From NCBI GenBank assembly GCA_002431635.1, contig DJGH01000008.1:28069-92068 (forward strand): a DNA stretch of 64,000 bases, in the 5' to 3' direction. A model generated the notes under the pieces. The model made no database searches, was not told the DNA's origin, and saw only the letters and a program-made list of their open reading frames with translations. How positions within the stretch are numbered: position 1 is the first letter of the stretch; the number at the start of each line of letters is the position of its first letter. Made by a program: the position numbers and the translations under genes. This DNA is from Petrotoga sp. UBA5851 (GTDB lineage: Bacteria > Thermotogota > Thermotogae > Petrotogales > Petrotogaceae). This document shows, piece after piece, positions 1-8,849 of this stretch.

Positions 1-369
1 CCTGCCAAGCTAACTGTTGATGAATACGATGAGATAAAGAAGCATCCTGTTTACGGATATGAATTTTTTAACAGGAATCAAGGTCTTAAAGATATCGCCG
101 AAATAGTCCTTTATCACCATGAGCGTTATGACGGCAGAGGTTATCCAAAAGGACTTCGTGAAGGTGAGATTCCTGTATTTTCAAGAATAATAGCTGTGGC
201 AGATGCTTTTGATGCTATGACAAACAACCGGTCCTACCGCAGAGCGGTAAGTATCGATGAAGCGGTTGCAGAGCTGAAAAAAGAATCTGCCAAGCAGTTT
301 GACCCGCATATTGTAGATATAGCTGTCAGAATAATTCATTCTGAAGTCAGTCTCAATACTTTTTCCTGA
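1..369 (+). CDS. HD-GYP domain c-di-GMP phosphodiesterase, C-terminal fragment (5' end lies outside the window)
   Basis: Frame 1 is open from nt 1 to TGA at 367-369. My translation contains HHERYDGRGYPKG and AVADAFDAMT, which are HD-GYP signature motifs. It is absent from the ORF track because it has no start codon in the window. Confidence 0.8.
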   Translation, partial: PAKLTVDEYDEIKKHPVYGYEFFNRNQGLKDIAEIVLYHHERYDGRGYPKGLREGEIPVFSRIIAVADAFDAMTNNRSYRRAVSIDEAVAELKKESAKQFDPHIVDIAVRIIHSEVSLNTFS

Positions 370-853
370 AGACTCCAGAAAGTATTATTATTCCTATAAA
401 AATAAGAAATGCTCCGAATACAAGCGCTCCTGGTGCTGTTGAACTCATGCTCAGCATGAAAAAAAATGCGGAAATAATACTGAGAATGCTTACCGGTATC
501 ATAAGAGCAGGTATTCTCATACCGAACAGATAAAGCTGGAAAAGTCCGACTGCAGGTGCCAGTATAAAAACAGGCCATAAAAAAGCCATATAGGAGTAGT
601 CTGTAAACCCAAGGAAAAGAAAAAGCAAGCCTATAGTGCATAAGATACCTCCAGGGACAAGCAGTCCAGCACGTATCGGGGTAGGTCTCTGGAAAAAGCT
701 CAATTCAAAGGCGATACCTGGTATAAGTATGAACAGAGGCCATATTAAAGCCAATACCTTCATTCCCGGAAAGATAACTCCAAGAAGAATAGTGACTCCA
801 AGGAAAATAAGTACTAAAGAAACCCAAAGAGAACCGTTGCGTGAGTTATACAT
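353..853 (-). CDS. hypothetical polytopic membrane protein
   Basis: 166 aa and almost entirely hydrophobic, with about 5-6 predicted TM segments. SD GAGGGAGGG lies upstream of the ATG. I recognise no family. Confidence 0.55.
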   Translation of the reverse strand: MYNSRNGSLWVSLVLIFLGVTILLGVIFPGMKVLALIWPLFILIPGIAFELSFFQRPTPIRAGLLVPGGILCTIGLLFLFLGFTDYSYMAFLWPVFILAPAVGLFQLYLFGMRIPALMIPVSILSIISAFFFMLSMSSTAPGALVFGAFLIFIGIIILSGVFRKKY

Positions 854-887
854 TTTTCCCTCCCTCTTTTGATAAAAATCAAAAAAA

Positions 888-2174
888 TTAGAACTTTACA
901 AAATAAAGGCCAAGAACAAAAAATGTTCCTAAGATCAGTGAAACAAAAAATGTTTTTTTGGAGTAATTCATAAACTGGCTGAACGAAAGGCTTTTTCCGC
1001 CGTGTTTTTCTAGCAGTGAAACTCCGACGATATTTTGAACAGCACCTAAGGGTGTGAAGTTGCTTCCGAGGTTTGCCCCTACTGCGTATGCATACCATAA
1101 TTCTGTGGGTGCCCCGTAGCCTATAAGAATTCTTACTACAGGTGCCAAAAGAAGTGTTCCTGGTACGGCGCTTAAAAAAGGTATGACAAAGGCCGATAGC
1201 CACATGAAGCAAAGCATCAGAACCACAGGAGCGCCTATAAGCGGTTTAAAAATCCATGCTATCGACTGAGTGACGCCTATTTTATCCAGTGCGTATGAAA
1301 TACTGAAAAGACCTGCATAGAAGAACATTGTATCCCAGTCTATCCTAGAGGAAAAGGATGCAAAATCGTGATTAAAGACAAACAGAAGGATTAATCCACC
1401 AAATACCGCTATAAGAGCAGAATTGATCTTTATGGCAGAGCTGAAAATGAAACCTGTCAGAACCAATGCAAATACTATAATAGATATTATAAGAAGCTTT
1501 TTATTTGTTATGGCTTTCTCCGGCTTCATATTTCCCAGCCGTTTGAGTTTTTCTGAAAACTCCGCTGTTTGAGCTTTTGTATATTTTTTTCTGAAAACGG
1601 TGAATGTGGAGATAAAAGTAATAAAGGCTATCACCGACATTATCTTCATAAACTGCGTAAAATCAAGTCTGCTTATGCTGCCCAGTACAATATTAAGAGG
1701 ACTTCCGATAAGCGTTGACATCCCGCCGATATTGTCTATGAATATAGTAAGCATGATAAACGGAGCAGCATCTATCTCCAGCGTGTCGGTAATAAGAAAG
1801 ATTATAGGAGATATAAAAAGGATGGTTATAAGGTTGTCAAGAAAAGCTGAAAACAGAGCGGTAATGAGCATGAGTGAAAACAAAGCCGCCCAAAACTTTG
1901 CTTTACTTGCTTTTATAACCCATACTGCCGAAAAAGTAAAAAAACCGCTTTCCTTAAGGAATTCAACTATTATCATCATCCCAAAAAGTATGCCCAGAGT
2001 TTCAAAGCTGATGATCTTTCCGATGTTTTCCAATGTCAGGGTATTTACAGGATTGAAGATATAAAGTATAATAGACAGTAAAAGGGTGGTGACAGATTTT
2101 TTCACCTTCTTAGAAAAAATAATAAAATAGTACGCCACTATCGCAATTACTATGACAAGAGCGCCGTTTAACAT
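888..2174 (-). CDS. ArsB/NhaD-superfamily (CitMHS-like) anion permease
   Basis: 428 aa with about 10-12 TM segments and the general look of an arsenite/citrate-transporter-like permease. GGAGG SD lies upstream. The family assignment is by eye only. Confidence 0.55.
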   Translation of the reverse strand: MLNGALVIVIAIVAYYFIIFSKKVKKSVTTLLLSIILYIFNPVNTLTLENIGKIISFETLGILFGMMIIVEFLKESGFFTFSAVWVIKASKAKFWAALFSLMLITALFSAFLDNLITILFISPIIFLITDTLEIDAAPFIMLTIFIDNIGGMSTLIGSPLNIVLGSISRLDFTQFMKIMSVIAFITFISTFTVFRKKYTKAQTAEFSEKLKRLGNMKPEKAITNKKLLIISIIVFALVLTGFIFSSAIKINSALIAVFGGLILLFVFNHDFASFSSRIDWDTMFFYAGLFSISYALDKIGVTQSIAWIFKPLIGAPVVLMLCFMWLSAFVIPFLSAVPGTLLLAPVVRILIGYGAPTELWYAYAVGANLGSNFTPLGAVQNIVGVSLLEKHGGKSLSFSQFMNYSKKTFFVSLILGTFFVLGLYFVKF

Positions 2175-2282
2175 TTGAATTCCTCCTTATGAGATCTGAG
2201 ACAATTCTATCACGGAGAACAAAATAATCTTTTTAAAATAGATTAAAATTTTGTGTATTATCACATAAGTCGGAGGATTACC

Positions 2283-3170
2283 TTGAAAAAAACTGTCAAA
2301 GGCTGGATATATCTTTTTGTAACCATATTTTTTTTCAGTACGATTGAAGTAGCCACCAAACCATTCTCTTCTGTTTTTAATCCTTTTCAGATTACCTTCC
2401 TCAGATTCTTTTTCGGCGGGCTGATACTTTTAATTTTTCCTTTCGTCACCGGTGAAATAAAAAAGTTTAAACTTACTGCAGGCAGATTTTTTCTGCTGAT
2501 GGGTGTCGGAGCGCTAAACTCATTGATTGCAATGGCATTTTTGCAGCTTGCGGTAAAGTATTCAAATGCTTCTACGGCCGCCATACTGGTTAGCTCAAAC
2601 CCTGTTTTTGTGGTTTTGATTGCTTGGCTCGTACTTGGAGAAAAAATTACCGCCCAAAAGATTCTTTCGTTAGTTATAGGTGTTGCAGGACTTATTACTA
2701 TAATACTTTCCAAGAGTGTAGGAGATTCTGTTAAAGGAATAATTTTCGGATTGCTTTCGGCGTTTTCGTTCGGTTTTTATACAGTTATGAGTAAAAAGTA
2801 TATAAAAGATATTCCTTCAACTGTATTTGCGCCGCTTTCATTTCTTTTTTCATCGATACCGTATTATTTTATCCTCAAAGCTTGCGGTATCAGTCCTTTT
2901 GTCTTTGAAGTGAATCTTCAGGTAATACTTATGCTGGTCTATGTGAGTTTTTTTGTCACAGGTCTGGCGTATATTACCTTTTTCAAGGCGCTTGAGATAC
3001 TTGATGCCTCGGTCAGTTCTTTTTCATACATGCTCAAGCCTGTTATTTCTAGTATCATGGCTCTGGCTTTTCTTGGAGAAAAACCAAATGCGCTAAAGAT
3101 ATTCGGTATGATTCTTGTCAGCATGAGCGTGCTTGTTATGATTTTGAAAAAAACCAAAAGTAAAATATGA
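2283..3170 (+). CDS. EamA/DMT family transporter
   Basis: Ten-TM profile with duplicated EamA-like halves. The ORF opens at 2253, but GGAGGA followed by 5 nt and TTG at 2283 gives MKKTVKGW..., the more plausible start. Confidence 0.7.
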   Translation: MKKTVKGWIYLFVTIFFFSTIEVATKPFSSVFNPFQITFLRFFFGGLILLIFPFVTGEIKKFKLTAGRFFLLMGVGALNSLIAMAFLQLAVKYSNASTAAILVSSNPVFVVLIAWLVLGEKITAQKILSLVIGVAGLITIILSKSVGDSVKGIIFGLLSAFSFGFYTVMSKKYIKDIPSTVFAPLSFLFSSIPYYFILKACGISPFVFEVNLQVILMLVYVSFFVTGLAYITFFKALEILDASVSSFSYMLKPVISSIMALAFLGEKPNALKIFGMILVSMSVLVMILKKTKSKI

Positions 3171-3252
3171 AAATGTGGTTTTTGTAATTACTTTTTAATT
3201 AAGAAGCAATAGTTTTAAGTTAAAATAATATAACAAAGTTAATAATTAATTA

Positions 3253-3406
3253 CGGAGGAGCGGCACAGAATAGTACCCTGCACACAAACGAGTCTTAATA
3301 TGCTGGGGAAAGGCAAGGCCGCCGAAGGGTATAAAAAAGACTCTTTTTATACTTCTGGGTATGCGGGAAATACCCGTATAACTGTCACTTATAGTGGAGA
3401 GCCGTC
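3253..3406 (+). promoter_or_regulatory. Lysine riboswitch (L-box) aptamer
   Basis: Conserved L-box blocks occur in the right order: ACGGAGGAGCGGC ... AGTA ... GGGGAAAGG ... GCCGCCGAAGGG ... TCTGGGT ... AACTGTCA ... TGGAGAGCCGT. P1 closes with ACGG (3253-3256) paired to CCGT (3403-3406). The element sits directly upstream of an NhaC-family gene, a known L-box context. Confidence 0.8.
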
Positions 3407-3456
3407 AAATGGATGATTTTATAGTAAATCTATCAAATCACTCACAGAAATCTCTC

Positions 3457-3481
3457 CCTCGAAAAGAGGGTTTTGATTTTT
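3457..3481 (+). terminator. riboswitch expression-platform hairpin 1 (CCCTC/GAGGG plus T-tract)
   Basis: CCCTC (3457-3461) pairs with GAGGG (3467-3471) and is followed by TTTTGATTTTT. CTCTCC (3453-3458) is complementary to GGAGAG (3397-3402) on the aptamer 3' side, which gives a possible antiterminator. Confidence 0.45.
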
Positions 3482-3488
3482 ATATGAT

Positions 3489-3515
3489 AATTCTCCTCAC
3501 AAGGGAGAATTTTTT
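3489..3515 (+). terminator. intrinsic terminator in nhaC leader
   Basis: An 8 bp stem AATTCTCC/GGAGAATT with a 7 nt loop is followed by a T-run. It lies 20 nt upstream of the ATG at 3536. Confidence 0.6.
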
Positions 3516-3535
3516 AATTTAATGGGAGGTGCATC

Positions 3536-5158
3536 ATGGAGTTTGGATATTGGTCGCTGATTCCACCGGTTTTAGCTATAGGGCTTGCTCTTATAACCAA
3601 AAAGGTATATATCTCACTTTTTGCCGGGATAGCAGTGGGGGCGCTTATCTTTACCCACGGGGATATCATTTCAGCAATAGGGAAGATTGTAACCATTTTC
3701 TGGGATAATCTTGAGCTGAAAAATTTTTCTTCGTGGGAAAATTTCAACAACAGCTGGAATCTTTTCATTCTGTTCTTCCTTATTTTTCTTGGAATACTGG
3801 TGGCACTTGTCAACAGGGCTGGCGGAGCGCTTGCTTACGGAAATTGGGTTATAAAAAAGATAAAAACCCGTGAAGGAGCTAGTTTTGCAACATTTATACT
3901 GGGAGTTCTAATCTTTTTGGATGATTACTTTAACTGTCTTACAGTAGGCACAGTCATGAAGCCTCTTACGGACAAGCACAGGATATCGCGTGCCAAGCTT
4001 GCATATATAATCGATTCTACCGCAGCACCAGTCTGCATAATAGCTCCTGTATCAAGTTGGGTTGCAAACGTTATATCCCAGCTTACCCAGTCGGGTGTGG
4101 GAAAGGATACGCTTGCCGCATTCAATCCGTACAATGTTTTCCTTACATCGGTTGTCTTTAACTCATATGCTCTTCTGACAATGTTTATGGTAGTTCTTAT
4201 GGCATTTAAGAGTTATGATTTCGGAGTGATGAGAGAACATGAGATAAGGGCAAAAAAATTCGGCGATCTCTATAACGGAGGAAAAGAGGTCAGCAAAATA
4301 GTAGATAAGGAAATTACACCTTCAAAAAACGGTAAGGTAATAGATCTTTTAATTCCTATACTCTTTCTTATAGTTATGCTCATAGGTTTTATGCTGTACA
4401 CAGGCGGTTATAAGCTTTTAGGCGGTGAAAACAGCATGTTTGATGCTTTTCAGAATATGAACTCTGCCAAGGCTTTGTTCTACAGCGGTCTTATATCGGT
4501 TATCTTTGCGGTAGTGTACTTTGCTGCAAGAAAACTGATTCCATTGGGCGAGTATCCCAAGCTTTTCTGGGCAGGATTCAGGCTTATGCTTCCGGCTAAC
4601 TGCATACTCATTCTTGCCTGGGGAATAGGCTCCATAATTAAGAATGATCTTCAGACAGGGCAGTTTATAGGAACCCTTGCTGCGCAGAACTTCCCTATAG
4701 AGCTCATGCCGGCAATTCTTTTTCTTATAGCCTGTCTGGTTGCATACTCAACCGGAACTTCCTGGGGAACTTTTGCTATTCTTATTCCGATGGCCATACC
4801 TATGGTTGTTTCGACAGGACGGACAGATCTGCTTATGGCTATGATTTCGGCAGTTCTTGGCGGAGCAGTTTATGGAGATCACGTTTCACCGATTTCAGAT
4901 ACAACTATTATGAGTTCGACAGGTGCCGGATGTAACCATCTTGACCATGTAAGTACCCAGATGCCTTATGCTACTTTGGTTGCCGGAGTATGCTTTGTGG
5001 GCTATATAATAATGGGTTTTACGGCCAGATATGGTCTTGGGGTCAGCGGAACGGTAAATCTTTTATTCTGTGTGCCAGTACTTTATATCCTGGTGAGGGT
5101 ACTGAGTAAGAAAGCTTCTCAAAAAGACGACAGTATAGAGGATAAGCAGAAAGCATGA
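3536..5158 (+). CDS. Na+/H+ antiporter NhaC-family transporter (lysine-riboswitch controlled)
   Basis: 540 aa polytopic membrane protein containing the NhaC-type block GDHVSPISDTTIMSS. GGGAGG SD lies upstream. Confidence 0.8.
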   Translation: MEFGYWSLIPPVLAIGLALITKKVYISLFAGIAVGALIFTHGDIISAIGKIVTIFWDNLELKNFSSWENFNNSWNLFILFFLIFLGILVALVNRAGGALAYGNWVIKKIKTREGASFATFILGVLIFLDDYFNCLTVGTVMKPLTDKHRISRAKLAYIIDSTAAPVCIIAPVSSWVANVISQLTQSGVGKDTLAAFNPYNVFLTSVVFNSYALLTMFMVVLMAFKSYDFGVMREHEIRAKKFGDLYNGGKEVSKIVDKEITPSKNGKVIDLLIPILFLIVMLIGFMLYTGGYKLLGGENSMFDAFQNMNSAKALFYSGLISVIFAVVYFAARKLIPLGEYPKLFWAGFRLMLPANCILILAWGIGSIIKNDLQTGQFIGTLAAQNFPIELMPAILFLIACLVAYSTGTSWGTFAILIPMAIPMVVSTGRTDLLMAMISAVLGGAVYGDHVSPISDTTIMSSTGAGCNHLDHVSTQMPYATLVAGVCFVGYIIMGFTARYGLGVSGTVNLLFCVPVLYILVRVLSKKASQKDDSIEDKQKA

Positions 5159-5163
5159 ATATA

Positions 5164-5195
5164 CTATAGGCTGTTTCGTTTGAAACAGCCTATAG
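5164..5195. terminator. bidirectional hairpin between convergent genes
   Basis: A 14 bp perfect stem CTATAGGCTGTTTC/GAAACAGCCTATAG with loop GTTT. TTTT follows on the plus strand. The hairpin overlaps the stop of the minus-strand gene. Confidence 0.65.
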
Positions 5196-6968
5196 GTTTT
5201 CTATAACCCTTTCTATGAAGAAAATGCACAGTTCAGGATCAAATTGTTTTCCGGAGCAGTCAGCAAACTCTTTTATGATTTGTTTCTTAGTCATAGATTT
5301 TTTGTATGGCCTGCCTGAAACCATTGAATCATAAGCATCACAGATGCTCAGGACTCTTGAGAAAAAAGGTATCTCTTTTTCTTTAATTCCCTTAGGATAA
5401 CCCTTTCCATCGTAGCGTTCATGGTGAAAAAGAACACAGTCTGCCAGAAAGGCAAGGTCATGAGTCGAGGATAGTATGTGATATCCCACTTCTGAGTGTT
5501 TCTTGACTTCCTTCCATTCAGATTCATCCAATGAGGTTTTCTTGTTTAGGATACTGTCACTTATAGTTATCTTACCTATGTCATGAATATTACCTAGTAT
5601 TTCAAGTGTTGAGCAGTCTTTTTCAGTCAATCCCAGTTTTTTGCTGAAAATTTTACACAGTTTGCTTACGTTTAAGGAGTGCTGGGCATCCATAGGACTT
5701 CTCTCATGTAGAGTGGTTATTATAAGGTTCATGGTTTTACTCTTTATGCTCCTGCTTTCAAGTATTTTAGAGGTGTACATAACTTCTTCGGCTGATTTTA
5801 AAAGCTCATCCATGCTTTTTGATTCTTCGGTTTTAGTTGCATATCCTAGGGATATTGAAAGCTCTATCTTTCCTTTTTCCTGGGTTAAGCATTCTTCTTT
5901 TATCCGGCTAACAATGGGGTCAAGTGAGCTTAAAGGAGTCTGTGCAAGCAAGACTATAAACTCATCACCGCCCCAGCGGACAATGATATCGGTCTTTCTG
6001 CATCCTTTCTGAATAGCCCGTGCAGCATTTACTATTAAACGGTCTCCTTCGAGATGGCCAAAGGCATCGTTAGCAAGCTTCAGACCGTTAATATCTCCTA
6101 TTATAAGTGAAAGCGGAAGGTTTTGAGCTGTGTCGATCTGATCTATTTTTTCATTGAAAAAAGTGCGGTTGTAAAGACCTGTCAGACTGTCGTGAAAAGA
6201 AGCATAAAGCAAATCATCCTGGTACTTCAGGTGTTGGGTAACGTCTTTAATTATAATATTCAGGCCTATGAACTTTCCGAGGGGATCGGAGATGCTTGAT
6301 ATGCCGAAATTAAGTGAAAAACTTCTGTTGTTAGCTGAGAGTACATCCGTTGTAAACTCGGCGTAAAAGCTTTCTTTTTTTTCATATGCTTTGTCAATAA
6401 AAGAAAGAAAAACTTCCTTTTCTTTAATTTGTTCAAATCTGAAAAAATCTGAAATATCTTTTCCGAAAGCATCTTTTGGAAGAATAACCGAAAAAGTACC
6501 GGCTGCCATGTTAGTATACAAAATTTTTTTATGGACATCCAACGCTATAATTCCATCATTCAAAGAACATAAAAGCCTTTTGAAAAACTCCTTTTCATTG
6601 ACCAGTTTATCTGCATCTGTAAAAAAAGTAATAAAAAAATACTTCTCCGGAGAAAAAACCTTTATATCGAACCACTTCTGCCATAAGCTTGAGTAATGTT
6701 GTATTTCTTTCTCACCGCCGGTTAATGCCACTTCACCATAAAAGTTTATCCAATCAAACATACTGTCATCTTTTCCATTTAAAAGCTCAGTCCTGTTTTT
6801 TCCGATGACATCACAGGCTCTGACTCCCATAATTCTTTCAAAAGCTTTATTGACATCAAGAATTATGTAATCCACAACTTTTCCTTTTTCATTGGTAAGC
6901 ACCTTATGCAAAGCATATCCGACAGGTATGCGGTGAAGTATTTCTTTGAAGTCGATAGAATTTTCCAT
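5190..6968 (-). CDS. PAS-GGDEF-HD-GYP composite c-di-GMP enzyme
   Basis: 592 aa. It has a GGDEF motif in RWGGDEFIVLL with an RxxD I-site (RKTD) five residues upstream. A C-terminal HD-GYP domain carries HDIGK and HHERYDGKGYPKG. Confidence 0.85.
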   Translation of the reverse strand: MENSIDFKEILHRIPVGYALHKVLTNEKGKVVDYIILDVNKAFERIMGVRACDVIGKNRTELLNGKDDSMFDWINFYGEVALTGGEKEIQHYSSLWQKWFDIKVFSPEKYFFITFFTDADKLVNEKEFFKRLLCSLNDGIIALDVHKKILYTNMAAGTFSVILPKDAFGKDISDFFRFEQIKEKEVFLSFIDKAYEKKESFYAEFTTDVLSANNRSFSLNFGISSISDPLGKFIGLNIIIKDVTQHLKYQDDLLYASFHDSLTGLYNRTFFNEKIDQIDTAQNLPLSLIIGDINGLKLANDAFGHLEGDRLIVNAARAIQKGCRKTDIIVRWGGDEFIVLLAQTPLSSLDPIVSRIKEECLTQEKGKIELSISLGYATKTEESKSMDELLKSAEEVMYTSKILESRSIKSKTMNLIITTLHERSPMDAQHSLNVSKLCKIFSKKLGLTEKDCSTLEILGNIHDIGKITISDSILNKKTSLDESEWKEVKKHSEVGYHILSSTHDLAFLADCVLFHHERYDGKGYPKGIKEKEIPFFSRVLSICDAYDSMVSGRPYKKSMTKKQIIKEFADCSGKQFDPELCIFFIERVIENL

Positions 6969-7168
6969 CTTTGCCTCCTGAAGAGATATTTTTAAAGTTA
7001 ATATATAAAAAAAGTGATTAATATTATTCTATAACTTTAAAGCCTTGTATGCAAACTTATAAACAGACGAAAAAAGGCAAAGGTATTAAAAAAGCTTTTA
7101 TCTATCTGATATATTAAAGGTTTGTGCACAAAAAATAAACTTAGGTATAGTATAAATTTAACATTATC

Positions 7169-7177
7169 TGATATAAT
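7169..7177 (+). promoter_or_regulatory. extended -10 promoter element (TGATATAAT)
   Basis: A TGnTATAAT match lies 35 nt upstream of the TPM gene start. No good -35 element is present. Confidence 0.35.
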
Positions 7178-7211
7178 AAACCTGAAAATAAAAAGCAGAA
7201 TGAGGTGGAGG

Positions 7212-8102
7212 ATGAAAAAAAAGTTCTTGGTTATTGTAGCTGTTTTATCTGCGATATTGGTTAGTGCATGGAGTGTTCCTGATTATTATAATTATGTCAA
7301 CGATTTTATAAATGTGATTGCGCCTGCCGAAGAAGCAGAGCTGAATAGTCTTGCCCAAAAAGTTGAGCAAGAGAAGGGAGTTCAGATAGCAATCGTTACC
7401 GTAAATGTTTCTCAGGATATAACGCCCAAGGAGATGGCCACTGAGCTCTTCAACAAATGGGGCGTAGGCAGCAAAGGCAAGGATAACGGACTTGTTTTGC
7501 TTTTGGCTCTTGATCCTGACGGAACCAAAGGCGGAAATGAGATACAGATTGAGGTAGGCTACGGTCTTGAAGGTATACTGCCTGATGCAAAAGTAGGAAG
7601 AATAATTGATGATTACATGATTTCAGACCTGTCTGGCAAAGAGTATGGAAAGGCTTTTATATCTGGAGTTAAAGCACTATCATCGGTTATATATCAGGAT
7701 CCTTCAATGGCTCCTGAAAGTAAAAGCAACAGCTTTATGGACGAAATCGGTCCTGAGATAATAGTGTTTTTTGTGATTGCACTTATTGTGATAGTTTCCG
7801 GATCAGCAGCGGGTTCGTTCTACACCAGACCCAAGTGTCCCAAGTGTGGTACCAGAATGAAGCTTGAAAATGAACAGATAGTAGAACGTGCAACCTACTC
7901 GCATGCAGGAAGCGGAATAAGATATTTCTACTGTCCCAAATGCGGGAACAGAGGTTCAAAGAGTTATATTATCCCTAAAAAAACATATGTTCCTCCGGTT
8001 ATAATTTCTGGGGGCGGCAGGAAGGGCGGAGGGTTTGGAGGAGGCTTCGGAGGATTTGGAGGCGGTTCTTCAGGCGGCGGCGGAGCAGGAAGAAAATTTT
8101 AA
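7212..8102 (+). CDS. TPM (YgcG-like) domain protein with C-terminal zinc ribbon and Gly-rich tail
   Basis: The ORF opens at 7122. GGTGGAGG followed by ATG at 7212 gives a signal-like N-terminus, MKKKFLVIVAVLSAILVSAWS. A TPM-like domain is followed by one TM, then CPKCG...CPKCG and GGGFGGGFGGFGGGSSGGGG. Confidence 0.7.
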   Translation: MKKKFLVIVAVLSAILVSAWSVPDYYNYVNDFINVIAPAEEAELNSLAQKVEQEKGVQIAIVTVNVSQDITPKEMATELFNKWGVGSKGKDNGLVLLLALDPDGTKGGNEIQIEVGYGLEGILPDAKVGRIIDDYMISDLSGKEYGKAFISGVKALSSVIYQDPSMAPESKSNSFMDEIGPEIIVFFVIALIVIVSGSAAGSFYTRPKCPKCGTRMKLENEQIVERATYSHAGSGIRYFYCPKCGNRGSKSYIIPKKTYVPPVIISGGGRKGGGFGGGFGGFGGGSSGGGGAGRKF

Positions 8103-8165
8103 TATAGGAAGTAATAATATAAGGACATATGTTTGGGAACAGAATATAAATTCAGGAGGAAAGAT

Positions 8166-8744
8166 ATGGCAAAAAAAGGACTTATGGGTTTGTGGATTAC
8201 TCTTGCGGTTATCGTTGTTGTAGTTCTTATAGGAGTTTTCTGGTGGTTCGGTACCTATAACTCCTTAGTAAGTTCAGAAGAGTCTGTTACTTCCAGTTGG
8301 TCGGAAATTGACAACCAGCTTCTGCGCAGGGCAGATCTCATTCCTAACCTTGTTAATACGGTAAAAGGTTTTGCAGCCCAGGAAAAAACAGTTATACAGA
8401 GTGTTTCAGATGCGAGGGCTAAACTTGCCGGGGCTTCAAGCGCAAAAGAAAAGATGGATGCGTCGAATGAACTTGACGGAGCACTTTCCAGACTTCTTGT
8501 TGTTGTTGAAAACTATCCGGAGCTTAAATCAGACAAGGTATTCATATCTCTCATGGATGAGCTGTCGGGTACAGAAAACAGATTGTCGGTGGCAAGAAAG
8601 AGATATAATGATTCTGTAAAGGCATTCAATATGCAGATTAAGAAGTTTCCTTCAAGTATAGTTGCCGGTGCCTCGGGGTTTGAACAGAAAGATTATTTTG
8701 AGGTTCCCGCAGAAAAGAAAGAAACTCCAGAAGTTCAGTTTTAA
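8166..8744 (+). CDS. lemA: LemA family protein
   Basis: AGGAGGA SD and ATG at 8166. It has an N-terminal TM followed by a LemA-like helical domain (YNSLV...NYPELKSD...RYNDSVKAFN). Confidence 0.8.
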   Translation: MAKKGLMGLWITLAVIVVVVLIGVFWWFGTYNSLVSSEESVTSSWSEIDNQLLRRADLIPNLVNTVKGFAAQEKTVIQSVSDARAKLAGASSAKEKMDASNELDGALSRLLVVVENYPELKSDKVFISLMDELSGTENRLSVARKRYNDSVKAFNMQIKKFPSSIVAGASGFEQKDYFEVPAEKKETPEVQF

Positions 8745-8747
8745 TTT

Positions 8748-8773
8748 ACCGGCCGTCAGGCCGGTTTTGTTTT
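8748..8773 (+). terminator. intrinsic terminator after lemA
   Basis: ACCGGCC/GGCCGGT stem with a 4 nt loop, followed by TTTTGTTTT. Confidence 0.7.
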
Positions 8774-8849
8774 GCTTATGGATGGTCAATTAACGAATAA
8801 AACAACTTTTTATGATATAATAATAACAAAACAGTGCGGAGGGATTATT

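Noticed and set aside
7103-7175. Two copies of TATCTGATATA (7103-7113 and 7165-7175), considered as a repeated palindromic operator.
   Set aside because: Each copy is better explained as an extended -10 element (TGATATATT and TGATATAAT). The same CTGATATAAT string also precedes ftcD, so it reflects promoter consensus rather than a specific operator.
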